Shown piece by piece: positions 10,363 through 23,725 of a stretch of 64,000 nucleotides of DNA. Numbering within the stretch: position 1 is the first letter of the stretch; the number at the start of each line of letters is the position of its first letter. Position numbers and translations under genes: made by a program. Source of the DNA: Seison nebaliae (Eukaryota); contig JALJEE010002839.1 in assembly GCA_023231475.1 (NCBI GenBank), forward strand, positions 1 through 64,000, read 5' to 3'. Under the pieces are notes generated by a model. It was not told the DNA's origin. It made no database searches and saw only the letters and a program-made list of their open reading frames with translations.

Positions 10363-13300
10363 AGTGACAAGAAATTGAATCCGAGAATATATTTCTTATT
10401 CTAGATAATAACTATTGCAACTTATTATTAAATTGCGTGTTTTTAATGTTAAGCTGAATGATTATGAAATTGGTTTATATACAATTTAATCGTTTAAAAA
10501 ATCATCTATTATTCTTAAACGATTAATCATGGTATTCCCAACGAATACTAATTTTTATCAATCGACCATATATTGGCTGATAAGGGCTTAATGTTTCTGA
10601 AAGAGTAATTTTTAAAAGTAATAATTTTTCTTCTTTTTTTTGGTTGCAGACCATTAAGTAAATATAATTATTAGTATTTAAAAAATTGTTTTTTTAATTA
10701 TACATAATTATCAATCAAATTTATGGACAACCATTTTTAGTTAATGAGGATTTTCAATCGTACTTGGTTGATCATAATTTGCAGATGAATAGTTGATCGA
10801 TTGTAATTATCATTCGAATTATCTACATATGATGTTTAATGGAGGAAACATGTTTGGATTATTTAAATAATTTAAAGAACGATTTTATTATAGTATTATT
10901 TTCTGGAATGTCAGAATTTTTCAACTTTCTTTGGCTTCTTAGCGTATATGTTGTCCATTAAGGTTGGTATGAATTTATGCAAGAAGAAAATGAATTGTCA
11001 AGCAATACAAATGGGATTATTATAATTTGGTTAGGATGAGAAATTAACATAAATTTACATTGAAATTGAATTAGGATTCTTCAGTTACATTTGAGGTAAG
11101 TGAACAGGTTAGCTGGAAGAGTTATTAGATAATAATCAGAATTAATTATGTTGAGATTTGGAATTATTATCAATTTAGATAATTTGGAATGATGAAAAGG
11201 AGGAGAAGCAATTTAGACTAATTGCCCAATGTGGAGGAATAGAGAGATGGGAGAAGTGTCCGATGATGTGTCCCATCGGGAAATTAGAAGAAAGAAGTGG
11301 GAAATTTTGATGTCGTTCGATTGGATTTGGGTGAAACTTGAATAATGATGAGGATCGATGTTATGTCGTAGGCGAAATATGTTCCTTCTCTACAAGAAAT
11401 TTAATGATCATTGGAATGAATTGAATCGGTTTTTTCATGCAAATTTTCATTATTACATTATAGGTAATAGTTCAACCTTTATTTTTCGTGTTAATTATTA
11501 GAGGATGAATATATTTCTAGTGAATAATTGAAAATTTTTCCTTTGTTACAATTGCGAGAGAAAACGAAACACCTCCATCGGCTTATCAGTATGATTAGAC
11601 ATAGGCGAATGAGATATATGCAAATTATTAATGAATAGATATGAAATATTTATCTACACTTCCTATACGTTACCGAAATGAATACTTTTCAATTCCCGAA
11701 ACAATTTTATCGCTATTCTTTCAACATTTTTCATATTAATGTTATCGAATGCGAATATTTAATAAATGATTGGATCAACCATCTTTGTTGAAGGGAAATT
11801 TTTTAATTTTTTTAAAAACCTCTCCTTCTCCCGCCATGCCAACAATCGTTGCCAATTCTTTATCTTCGTAATTCCGATAATTGAATTTAATTCGATTAAT
11901 CGTAACTATTATCGAACAGATCTCTTACATCGATAATCGAGTAGAGTGGAGGAATGGATCGAACCAAATTACGAAGCAGTCCCTACAGTAACTAGGAATA
12001 TGAGACGAAGTTTCATCCATCACTTTCAATTGTCTATCACTTTCATCATATCCTTCCTATCATCACAGTCTGGTTAACATTGGACTTTATATGAATGATT
12101 TGGTGAATAATAAAGAGAAAGTTGATATATAAATAATGAAAGTTGCGGGAAGTTCGAACGAAGAAATGAAGTAGAAATTCTTTTCTGTCCTTCGGCCAAA
12201 TATGACTATTTATCTAACAAATTACATGTTGAGGAAACATATCGAACAGTTATTGCCAATAGGATGAGAATTTTTGAGCAGCAATCTTCTTTTATCGTCG
12301 TCGCCGAATTGCAAACTATTAAATTGACCATTGTCAAATGACCTGGAGAGAAGTAATATGGAATTCCCTCCTAATTATGTCGACTCTCCAACAACTTAAT
12401 TTTTAGGGCAATCTTCCCGAAAGAGTGTAATATATATTCTCATTAATAGTAGTCATGAGCGAAATCGGAAATTTCTACACGGTAATTTCATCTCGATTAG
12501 TGAGAGAATAATATTCCAACCGATATTTATGGTAAAATGTTGAATTTCCTACGAATTGTATGAAACCCAAGAAGAATGTCGGCGAGCAGAAAACGAATTT
12601 GATATTTCATTTAACAGTTTCAATTTTGTGATAATGGTGTGAATTGAAACTGAAATAATCTCGTTCATTTGATTCTGATAAATGTCCTTGTTTCCATCTC
12701 CGATTCCTTCTTCCGATTTTATCGTTTACTATTCCGTAAAAAGGGTCAACTTTATTCCACGTGCAATTGATTTACACGAAAAGTTTACATGAAAATTTTG
12801 TTTCAGACGAAATGTTACTGTTTCTCTTTTTTTCGTCTCATCGAAAATTTCCGTAATAATTAATTCTTTTTTCGTATCTTGAAAATAACTTGAAGTTACT
12901 TGCCAAATAACTGTCTCCCACATCATATCCATCGAAAATTTTACTTTTCATAATGAAACATCAACAATTTCTATTAACAGACATAATCCCAATATGCCAT
13001 TCCTCATATTATACCCAAAGGATTCTCTCATGAACATATTGAGAATTGAGCGAAATAAAATTTTCTTTCTTTTAATGCATAGAAACATTATCTATTTAAA
13101 TGGAGAATCGATTATTCATCATTTGATGTGCAATTGATAAATGAATGTTCAATTTGATCTCATCTCCGTCCTCTCTGACATTCGATTGATGTCAATGGAA
13201 GATTCTCATTTGTTTATCGGTCGCGCTAGAAAATGGTAAGTGGTTTTGATATAATTTCATTACGTAAGAAAAATCGATTTGGAATTTGGGGGAAATTTGA

Positions 13301-15740
13301 GTGGATGTGCAATTTATCTCTATTGAATTGTTTACGAGGAAGATTTATTAGGTGTCGCTGTTACGTAGCTGAAATGGAGTCTGTGTAATAATTTGAAAAA
13401 TTTTCGTTCCGGAAGACAAATGAGCAAGTTTAAGTTGAAAGAGATGTAGATATTAAGATGGAAGTGAATGTTGAATTATTTTCACCCAACACAAAAGAAA
13501 GACCGGGAGGAAATGTAGCTGATTTTCTTCCAGAGTCATTCTGTAAATCTTATCAAATATATTTGTTAATTCTCTTAAAATTTTACTTGCAGTTTCTTTT
13601 ACGTAGTTTTACATAAAACGTAATTCAATATTGGGAGGAAGATGGTGTTTATTGAATGACGAGCGGATAGAAAGAATGCTCTAAAGTTTAAGAACAATTC
13701 GATTCAACATACAGAAGAAGATTCATTTTACAGACAAAGATTGTCGTAATAAAAATTTGTAATTTTATACAATATCTCCACCAAGCCCATTCCATTGATG
13801 AAAGATCATCGGTTTCGAGATACAATCTAGGAGATGTCTCCATCCTTTTCACTAATTTCTATTTTTTAGGAAATAAAATAAAAATATTTTTATTGAGAAT
13901 GGTAAATAAAATTATAATATTTCCCTGCCGAATTGACTCGTCATTTCTCGTTTTTATTGCCCGTTAACTTCCGAGATTTTATCTTATAATAATAACAAGG
14001 GCAACCTCTTACTATTCGTCGAGAGTCAAGTAAACAAGTTTTTTCTTTTTTTGATGAGATTCACTATAGGTGCCAAAATCAAAAGATCTTTCGAGTATCT
14101 AATAATTTCTTCTTTCAGACGATTAAAAGATTGATAAGAAAATCATTAATTCACATAGGGAGAATTAAACATGGCAACATTGTATTTTTATTTAAATACG
14201 AGAATGGAGGAATATACGAAAAAATAAAAAATTATAAGAAAGTTTGAAAAGATTCTGTCACGGCTATTAATGGATATGAATAATCTTACAATTAGTTAAA
14301 CAAAGTTTCTTCCTTCTAACATATTTGTAAGGGAAATCTTATTGTTTCGGTTTAACATTGGAGCTACAAAGTTTGTAGTCTTTGATTTATAAGTTTGTTA
14401 CCTTTGAAATGTAATTTGGGTATAAGTCTACGACAGATCGACAAGATCGTTTTTAATCTTTTTTTCTAGTTTTCTAGTTCGATATTGTAAATTGCTTAGG
14501 AATTAATTGGAAGAAAAATATTTTCGGTTAAATTCAACATCAATCAAAGAGAACGGATTGGGAAAAACGAGGTGAACTCCAACTTTCTTCACGCAATTTT
14601 TAATGTTATTTTAGGGAGATCGGAAGAAATTGTATTTGAGATAAATGAGAGAACGTTAATGGTGACAGACCGAAATAAGAAATATGAATAAGAATAGAAA
14701 TAACAATACAAATATTTATTTTCCATTTCTCGTTTTCTTGAAGAATATGATGTTTAGCGTAAGATGTGACGGAAGTAGAAGTGAGAAATGTATATTCTAA
14801 TGAAATAAACGAACGACAACAAATGTAATTCTTCCTTAATGAGAATGAGGTCTTAAGTGTGGAAGCGCTTGAATGGAATCGTCCAACTCCCGTAGAACCA
14901 ATGGAGATAATTGATTTATTTTAAATTCGATTAGTGACAAAGCAGAATTTCATGATGAAACATTAATGTTGGAGAAGGAATTAGTTGATTTTTTTAGGAT
15001 AGTTGAATAATCGAAGGAAATGCCATTCTGTTGATGGGGTATCCGGTTTGAGTTTTAGTTACTGGTTAATAATAGGGAAGAGCATTTGGGGTGGAGGAAG
15101 GAGAAGTGGGAGAGAAAGAGTGGAGTCGTATATGTGAAGTTCGATAGATATTATCCAGTGGTGAGTTTATTATTTGGACGCAGCAACATTTTAATGAGTC
15201 AACTTCGTCAAATAATCGTTCTTCCTACATATGAGTTACGTAAGGCGTGTTGGAGTGAAAGAGAATTGGAATGTTTCTGGCATCATTTGATTGCATACAT
15301 CTATTTCTTCTTTTCTGAAATTGAAAGTGAAGAGTTTCATTAAATGCATACATGCGGCTCTAAATTCTCTTCCGAATAATTACTCTTCCTTCTAACTACC
15401 AATTACATGTGCCATGATGAGAATAATATGATGTTTTATCTTTCCTACTTATTACCCGACAGTATTTCTCAATAAGTGCTATTTAATTATTTTCCCGAAC
15501 AATCCATGTTGTTGTGATATAATTCTGTTTACATAAACTAACTCGTCAACTCAAGACAAAAATGCCATCGTGCATATTCCCTTACGATTTTCGATGCCCC
15601 ATTCTTCCATTTTACATGGAATCTATTACTTCAAATCATTCTCAAATCACCCATAAACATAATCAGATTTTTCCTTTCCATCATTAAGGTAAGAATTTCA
15701 GAAATTTCTTCTTCTTCTTCTTACATAATTCTCCGATTAA

Positions 15741-17618
15741 ATGGCGACATCCGATAATAATGAATGGTGGAAGGAATTCTATGGTTATTCCCGATTTATT
15801 ACCGGACTTATTTTGATACCGTTAGTGGGTGGGATTGGAATCAGTGGCAACGTCCTAAGCATCGTTCTTCTGTTGTCCAGAGAGTTGAAGAAGATTTCGG
15901 TTAATGTCATTCTTATTGCATTAGCTGTCAGCGACACCATGAAGTTGTTAAATGATATGATGTACTTCTTGTTATTGTTGAGAATGTCGCCCAAAAAGAT
16001 TTTGTCGGGTGATGAAATCTCATTGGAGATGACAATCTTTTATAAATATGCTCATTATTTCAATAAAACTTTCACCACAGTTACCGTCTGGCTTACAACA
16101 TTAATTGCCATCGAACGTTATATAACGTGTGCTTTATCTCCATCAACTGCTCGTCGAATATTCTCACCAAAACATAATCGAATAATTATCGCGGGAATTT
16201 ATTTATCTGCTGCAATTATCACCGTTCCATCACTTCTAACATTGGAAGTGCGTTATATCTGCAATAATGGTACAATGGCGACAATGTCAGACAATTGTTC
16301 ATATACCGTCGTCAATACTCGATTAGACAATCAACAAATGTTATATAATTGTTACATTTGGATAGTGGATAGTCTACGATCGATCGCTCCACTATTCTTC
16401 ACTTCTCTTCTCTACATTCTCATTATTCGTCGACTTCGTCAATCCATTCAACGAAGTAAAAGGAAGAAAGCGAAAACGGTTCATTTTCATGTGGAAACGA
16501 ATCGAATGAACGAAACTAATTCGATGTTGTATGTCGATGCAGTAAAGAATCGTCGTCAATCATTTCATGAGAATTGTAAGAAAGAGAGTCGAAATAACAA
16601 AAATAAGAAATCGTCAAAATGGTGGAGATGGTTAATGCCGACCATACAAAAGAACAACAACGATTCAATCAATGAATCGATGTCTGAACAAATCATCAAA
16701 TGTAATTGTCATCATTTCAATTTATTTATAACAAAATCTCGATTTAAATCACAATTATCATCCGGATTTATTCGAAATGCTAATGTTGAGATACCGGTGG
16801 AGAATTCGGTTTATCCATATAACGAGGATAGTGTTCTCGTCATTCAGAATGTTCGATCATCACAATGGAATTCGAGTAATAGTTGTAATAATTTATGTCC
16901 TAAATTATCGCCAATCAAAGAATTGGAACAACCGTCTCCTAAAGGGCCAAAATCAACGACCGAGACCAACAACCAAAACAATCGGCAATCTCAACCAATC
17001 ACGAAAAATTTATCTATTCGAGTCACCGTCACATTATTGGTAGTTATCGTCGTCCTTATCATTTGTTATATTCCCGATGCCATTCTATCAATCTTCCTTA
17101 AAAAAGAATATGTGACAGCTGATCAATATTCCACATTGGCAATTCGAGAAATAACCGATTTCCTACTTGTTTTCAATTCGGCAATCAACTTCTTCATCTA
17201 CTGTAAATTCTCGAGAAGTTTCCGAGTGAAGTTCGAAGAGAAAATGAGAAAGTTACGAAAGAGTTCCAGTTTTCTTTGTTCCACTTTCTACAATGTTCGA
17301 CTTCTCGCTCCCTATAAAAAATTATTCTGCTGTTTCTGTTGTGGATGTGCATTCGATTATCAATCGAAACAGATACTAAAGAATCAATTAGAACAGAGAA
17401 TTAGGAAATCCTCCAATTCAGCATTCCAATTCCATTCATTCGTTCCCAATGTCAAATTGTCGAACGATCCGAATGGAACTGGTTCGGAATTATCTATGAA
17501 AAATAATGAATATCATTTACAACAATTAATAAATGGAAAAAATCGAGTTATCTCATTAAATATTGATGGAACGCAGACGTCCGATTCGATGTTTAAAGAA
17601 AAAAATACATTTTATTGA
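15741..17618 (+). CDS. Class A (rhodopsin-like) peptide GPCR, FMRFamide-receptor-like, single coding exon, long third intracellular loop
   Basis: Seven hydrophobic segments; GISGNVLS, LIALAVSD, IAIERY, ICYIP, NSAINFFIYC. Confidence 0.9.
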   Translation: MATSDNNEWWKEFYGYSRFITGLILIPLVGGIGISGNVLSIVLLLSRELKKISVNVILIALAVSDTMKLLNDMMYFLLLLRMSPKKILSGDEISLEMTIFYKYAHYFNKTFTTVTVWLTTLIAIERYITCALSPSTARRIFSPKHNRIIIAGIYLSAAIITVPSLLTLEVRYICNNGTMATMSDNCSYTVVNTRLDNQQMLYNCYIWIVDSLRSIAPLFFTSLLYILIIRRLRQSIQRSKRKKAKTVHFHVETNRMNETNSMLYVDAVKNRRQSFHENCKKESRNNKNKKSSKWWRWLMPTIQKNNNDSINESMSEQIIKCNCHHFNLFITKSRFKSQLSSGFIRNANVEIPVENSVYPYNEDSVLVIQNVRSSQWNSSNSCNNLCPKLSPIKELEQPSPKGPKSTTETNNQNNRQSQPITKNLSIRVTVTLLVVIVVLIICYIPDAILSIFLKKEYVTADQYSTLAIREITDFLLVFNSAINFFIYCKFSRSFRVKFEEKMRKLRKSSSFLCSTFYNVRLLAPYKKLFCCFCCGCAFDYQSKQILKNQLEQRIRKSSNSAFQFHSFVPNVKLSNDPNGTGSELSMKNNEYHLQQLINGKNRVISLNIDGTQTSDSMFKEKNTFY

Positions 17619-17697
17619 AAACATTCTTCTTTCATTTATTTTTGAATGAAATTAAAAAATTTTAAGAGAATAAATTCATTCCTTCAATTCTCAACGT

Positions 17698-17892
17698 TTA
17701 TTGAGGCACATTCTTCGTCATCAGCAAATTACGTTGTCTCATGTTGTAGTAGTAGATGGAAGCTTGCAATCCCACTATCAGGAATAGTAACAAGAGAAAT
17801 GGAGTGATAACTCCGAGTGCAATTTCCGCTCCCCAATGTGGATGTTCTGGCTCTTTAATAACCATCACCGATACATTTTGTCCCGCGTCCAT
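17698..17892 (-). CDS. Candidate 64-aa single-pass membrane microprotein
   Basis: ATG start, NVS sequon, one hydrophobic helix (IALGVITPFLLLLFLIVGL), basic residues after it; GC higher than flanks; ttaccag acceptor about 30 nt upstream. Confidence 0.5.
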   Translation of the reverse strand: MDAGQNVSVMVIKEPEHPHWGAEIALGVITPFLLLLFLIVGLQASIYYYNMRQRNLLMTKNVPQ

Positions 17893-18954
17893 TATAGTTT
17901 ATTCGTTAGCGATTGTAAATCTGGTAAGTTAAATGAAAATCTGTTGTGAAACTTTAAGGGAAATGGATTAATCAATTCTTCAACCATAAAATACTGAACA
18001 ACAAAATTTTATTAAACAATTTAATTTTTGTTGTATAAGAACAATGACTTTTCATAAAAGAATAAGAAATGTAATGAAAGAATATGCGCGTCCACATTCG
18101 ATTCCACTCTCTTACACTCCCACTTCCATTGAAATATTCATTTAAAAAAAAATACAAATTTCAATTCATCTCTGCTACTACATCGTTTGCGCACCGTTTA
18201 CATTCCAACAACATTACTTCTTTTTTATAAAAACTACGTATATATGTACGTAGTACGTACACGTATACACCTTCTCAAATCCATTAGAATGACTCATTAC
18301 TATGAATTAAAATAAAATTATTTAAAAAAAAATTTTCTACCCATAATTTAAAAGAATAAATTCATACGATGAAATTCTGGGAGAGATAGATGCTTTGGAA
18401 ATTACTTAACTATTTATGAACATAAATTATTAACCGTCTTCTTCCAGCGGTTTTATCTCGATAAGTAAATTTTAAAAACTATTATCTGATTGAAGGAATC
18501 GAATAAATTGTAGCTGTAATATGCTGTCCAAGTAATAATTTCAAAACTTCCAAAATCAATCTTTTCGACAGTTCGAGAATCAAGTTCTGTTAGAGGAATG
18601 AAACATATTTTATGTGATAAATCAATGGAATTTTTGTGTCCATTTTTTCGTTTCATATAATTTTTCAACGAGATTATCATTGTTGATGATGATTTCTTAT
18701 TTTAGTTCCTATTTCAAGTTTTAAAAATTATTTCCATTTAAACAGTCACATTAACTATCAATTATGATTAACAGTTTGAAAAAGTAAGATATTGAAATAT
18801 ATCATGGAAAGTATTAAGTGTTTAAATGACGAATAAATTGATGAGAGTAGGAAGAAGAGAATTTCTTGGAACGATCAGATTTATTAATGAATTTAATTTA
18901 AATAAAATACGTTAAAACGTAACTTAGGTGTAAGCAATTTAATTTATTTTAAAA

Positions 18955-20456
18955 TTATTTCTCATTTTCCAAACGGTGACTGATACACTCTTTTTGTGCA
19001 TCTGACGGTTTCGTCAATTTCGCATCAAATTGTTTCAAATGAAGTAGTGCCACATAATCATCTAATGAATGAATAAAGTGAAAAGGATTATGAAAGAAAA
19101 GAACAAACTCATTTTTTTGGGTAAGAGATAAACATCTTTCGAATATCGTTGAGTGGGCGCTTTGTGCATTTCGATGGCAGCTAATATTTGAGTAATGTAA
19201 CTTATGGACAGAACCAAGCTTGGTATACCGGAACATGTGATATTGATAGGACGGCCTTGTGCTACTAAGACTATATATTTTTTAGATGGAAATATTATGT
19301 GGTCGACTTCCTGTCGAACATGTTCTCGTTCACAACCTGTACCTTCCAAAGATTCCGTATCGATCTCCGTATTCGAATGACCGATATTGCAGAGAATTGC
19401 GGCATTCTTCATTTGAACCATATGTTCCGATCGAATGATACTCTTCCCACCAGTACATGTAATAAATATATCGATCTTATCCACAACATCCTCAATTAAC
19501 ACCACACGATAACCATCCATACATGCATGTAATGCATTCAATGCATTCATTTCCGTTATTAGAACATTACATCCGATATTTCTCAATGTAGTTGCACAAC
19601 CTTCGCCCACTTGTCCAAATCCACAAACCAAAACCGTTTTCCCAGCGAACATGATATCTGTCGTTCTTTTCAATGCATCAATCACACTCTCTCGACAAGA
19701 ATAATGATGATCGAATTTCCGTTTACATAAAGCGTCGGCAATATTCATCGATGGTACTAGGAGTGATTTGTGTCTCATCAAATGATAAAGACGATGAACT
19801 CCAGTTGAACTCTCTTCGACTACGCCCTTAATGCCGGGAAGGAGATATTGGAATTTTGTGTGAAGTATTTCCGTCATATCTCCTCCATCATCTAACAACA
19901 AATTCGGTTCCCATCTAATATCGTTCGCTTTATTCTCTTCCAAATCACCATCATCATATCCACCTAAACATCGTTTGATACACCACCAATAATCATTTTC
20001 ATTCTCATTCCTCCATGCATAAATCGGTATATTATATTTCTGAACCATCAGTGAACAGATCTCATCTAAAGTAGAATAAATATTGCATGCACACCATCGC
20101 ACTTTCGCTCCTAGTTTTATTAACGTTTCTACCATCACTGCACTTTGAGCGTTGATGTGAGAACATATGGAAATTCGAGCTCCTTCCAACGGTTGCTCAT
20201 AATTAGCCATATCATACATCTTCTGCAAAGCCGGTAATTCAGTGATGGCCAATTCCATTTCTCGTTTACCATATTCGTAATAGTCCAAACTCGAAATACA
20301 GAAATCATTAAATCCATTTCTCAACTTTTTTCGATCGCGATCTCGTGGACTTAATGTCTCCTCCAATTTCTCTTCCAACGTTTCATCCAAAATCGTCTCG
20401 TTAACTAGTGGCGGATGATCATAAGACAAATAATGAATCGAATGATTTGAGGCCAT
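18955..20456 (-). CDS. AHCYL: S-adenosylhomocysteine hydrolase-like protein (AHCYL/IRBIT subfamily), divergent; one intron near the 3' end
   Basis: CSHINAQSAV, WCACNIYST, LDDGGD, GVVEESSTGVHRLY, CRESVIDALKRTTDIMFAGK, GHSN are AHCYL-type rather than AHCY-type; last exon DYVALLHLKQFDAKLT. Confidence 0.88.
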
Positions 20457-21162
20457 TATGGGAAGATGATAAATGATGATAATGAGAAATTTAAGAGAAT
20501 ATGTACAATGAAACAGGTAAAGAATGATTAAATGAACTATTAGACAGAAACAATAACCAATTGTTTACCTGACCATTACTCTTACTTTCCATCAATGATC
20601 ACATTACAACGATAAGAATAATTGTCATTCAAATTATTCAGAGACATTCCTCTAACTCTTATGAACGAAAACAAAAGTGTTTGGGACCAATTTCTTCTAA
20701 AACTAACTAGTTTTCATTCATCATTCAACGTATGGACGTTATTACTCATAATATTATCAGAACACACAGGAAATGACATAACATATTAGAATGACATAAC
20801 ATATTATAATTACATATCATAAAAAATTTCAATTTCTTTTTAAATTCGCAATATTCTCAGTCCATTGCCACATCTCCCACATCAAACTCTTAAAACAGTT
20901 TTAATAAATATTCAGTGAATTCCGTTAACTTTTAGGCATTCAAAATATTTCTTCTTCAGCTAAACTAGAACCTTCTCACAAATTCCCATTTTTACACAAC
21001 AGTAAATTGTCACAATAATTTCTTATCTTTATCGAAGGTTTTCTTCGTTCATTTTCAAATAAAGTACCAAAGAATCTTTTTAACCATTCTCCAATTTCTA
21101 TCTATAATATGAGATGATTTACTATTTCTTCAATTTTTACGGTATTCTCTTCAAGGAACAAT

Positions 21163-21537
21163 TTACACTTCCACCCACTCCCTCCAACAAACATATCGAA
21201 ATTGACAGGAACCTGCTTCGTCAAGTGGTCCAAAATTTTTGAAGGCATTCGACTTACGCTTCCCTCGTGTGCCTCTGTTCCAATTGTAACTAACACTTCG
21301 ATGTCGTCCATCGATCACATTCTTCTTCATAACATCATCATTCAATTGGATCTTTTGGAACGAAACATTCAATAATTCTTCCTTGTCATCTTCATCAATT
21401 ATTGTTTCCTGTTCCCATTGCTCCATCGACGAAGATTTTGAAGAGTGGTTTTTCATTTGGAGATTTTTTGTAAAATTTTTTTTGAAAAAATTCTTAATAA
21501 AATTTCTCTGTTTTCTTACTAAATACTTAAGGGCCAC
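21163..21537 (-). CDS. Possible coding exon or small gene upstream of AHCYL, unidentified
   Basis: Open frame with coding-like composition (MEQWEQETIIDEDDKEE...); an overlapping second frame is also open; no splice link to AHCYL established. Confidence 0.25.
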   Translation of the reverse strand: MALKYLVRKQRNFIKNFFKKNFTKNLQMKNHSSKSSSMEQWEQETIIDEDDKEELLNVSFQKIQLNDDVMKKNVIDGRHRSVSYNWNRGTRGKRKSNAFKNFGPLDEAGSCQFRYVCWREWVEV

Positions 21538-22608
21538 ACAGACACATCATAATACAAAAGGGTTATGATGACATGGTGATTGTTGATCCAAATCAATTAA
21601 TTTCTTAACAATAATAATAATAAAGTCGATGAACGAGAGTAGATGTAAAAAGAGACGATTACTGTTTAATAATTGAGTCGAAGTATCGAATATTTAATTT
21701 ATAATTTCTCATGTAAAATTCTTTCTTTTCTCTTGATTTCATTATTTCTATAAGTTTCTTCGTCTTTCGACTAATTCATTCGAAATGAAATAGTAGAAGA
21801 TGATGCATACCTTCCGCCAAATCGTCTATCTTTAATTTAATATTATTTCATTCATAAATTTTCATAAATATAATTCTTTTCCATTTCCATATGAGAAAAT
21901 AGATTTTTTCATACTCTTTCCATTCAACTATCCTCCCACTAACATTTTCCCAATATCATTCAATACTTTTTTCTTCTTCAAATATAAATTTCATGTTCTT
22001 TTAATCGAACACTGTTCTAATTATTATCACTATTCTCATGGGAACAATTGTGAAGGGTCATAGCGTTCCTGCAAAGAACACCAACGCACATATTTCTCTT
22101 TATACAAAAGTGTCTCTCATCTGACATCGATGTCGGTTGTTTGGAAGTTCAATTCTGTCAATATTTGTAAAGGAGAAATCATTTACGTAAAATGTTAATT
22201 ATAATTTCCAATTACATTATCATTAGTGAAAATAGAAGGAAAAATAATGAATATAATTAAGGATAAGTTGATAGATACGAACTGCTACAACCATGAATTG
22301 TTTTTCTTTGTTGTGGCACTGGTTCCAACAGAATAGAGAATCGACGTTTTTCTATTCGATTTTGTTTTATGCTTTGCTCATCTTCACTTTCTTCATCGAA
22401 CACATCCAACATTTCTCATCAATTCTCTGTAAATATCTCACAATTGTCAGTATTCTGCTTCACAGCTGTCCGAATGAACACGAACAAAATGTAGTTATGA
22501 TGTTTGGAGTTTGAAAAATTTACATTTAATGAAACACCGATACATCGGCTAAGGAGAAACATTGTTCAGATCAGTTTCACAAATACATTTTGAACTTTAA
22601 ACTTATTT

Positions 22609-23725
22609 CTGTTCACACGAACAATAACAAAAATGGATTAAGGGATAGATCGTAACCCTATATAAAAATTTTTGGGGCAGTTCTCAATCTTCTATAAACG
22701 TTTTGGACAGTTTTCAGCGTTTTTTTTTCAATTTCGGACAGTTCTCAACCTCAAAACATACTGGTCTGAAATCCGGAAAAATGTTAAAAGGTTGTAATCA
22801 TACATAAAAATTCTCAAAAAGAGAGTTATTAAGTCATAATTATGTAATTATATCAATTATTATTATTAATTAATTGTAACAATATATAACCGAATAATAA
22901 GGATAAAGATTTTTCGAAATTTAAGAATATAGAACTGTATAAAGTGACAAACATATTATGTCTTAAATTTAAAAAACCATTGAAAAACTAATTTCAAGAA
23001 CTATCCTAACTATGAGTTAATAACTGTCCTCTGGAGGATTTTTATATACGGCTACTATTTTTCCAGTTCAATTTTCGGTATGTTTCGAGGTTGAATATTG
23101 TCCGAAATTGAGAAAATTAGGTTACTAACTGTCCTTTTTTGGGTTTTATACATAATTTTTATATAGGGTTACGATCTGTCTCCCAATCCAAAACGTTAAT
23201 AGAAGGTTGATAACTGTCCGAAAAATTAGGAAAAGGTTGAGAACTGTTCGAACGAATAAAAAACCAGATTGAGAACTTTCCTATTTTTGGCTTGGGAACT
23301 CTCCTCTACAAAATTTTAATATAGGGTTACAATCTGTCCGGTTACCCAAAAATGAACTGTTCTCGAACAGAATTATGATGTCTGGTTTTTGAAAATCATT
23401 TCTTCTCGTTCGAATTAGGTATTAGGTATATAATCGACGCATTATATTCATGGAAATATGCGATTGATGAACTTGACGAATTTTGTTCAACTGCCACTGT
23501 TCCCGGAACCACAATAACTTCAATTGGTCGTTCTGACACAGGATATTGGACGATATAACCATAAACTTCCCGAACCATATCCTGGTAGAAAAGATACGGT
23601 GAATTTGGTCGGAAAATATTTGAAATCGTTTTCCATATTTCTTTCTTTCATCGATGATTTTCAAAAACCAGATATCACAATTCTGTTCGAGAACAGTTCA
23701 TTTCTGTTCATATTCGTGTGAATAG
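22609..23725. mobile_element. MITE with about 70-bp TIRs, left TIR split by a nested insertion
   Basis: Joining 22609-22635 to 23355-23398 restores ctgttcacacgaacaataacaaaaatgaactgttctcgaacagaattatgatgtctggtttttgaaaatca, the inverted copy of 23655-23725. Confidence 0.8.
22635..23346. mobile_element. Nested non-autonomous DNA transposon with GG...CC ends and subterminal repeats (Merlin-like, tentative)
   Basis: Flanked by direct repeat caaaaat(g) (22628-22635, 23347-23354); TIR core agatcgtaaccctatat; about ten copies of ggttgagaactgtcc-like motif; a second right end at about 23153-23189. Confidence 0.75.

Noticed and set aside
10400..15700. Short ORFs in the 5.3-kb region upstream of the GPCR, including a KR-containing peptide near 12840-12950
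   Set aside because: No signal peptide, repeated peptides or recognisable domain; more likely regulatory DNA and UTR introns.
21102..21537. Two overlapping open frames suggesting a programmed frameshift (antizyme-like)
   Set aside because: No TCC-TGA shift site and no antizyme motifs recognised.
22670..23310. Spaced short repeats resembling a CRISPR array
   Set aside because: Eukaryotic context, degenerate units in both orientations, irregular spacing; these are transposon subterminal repeats.
23396..23721. Short ORFs inside the MITE
   Set aside because: No transposase motifs; they overlap the TIRs.
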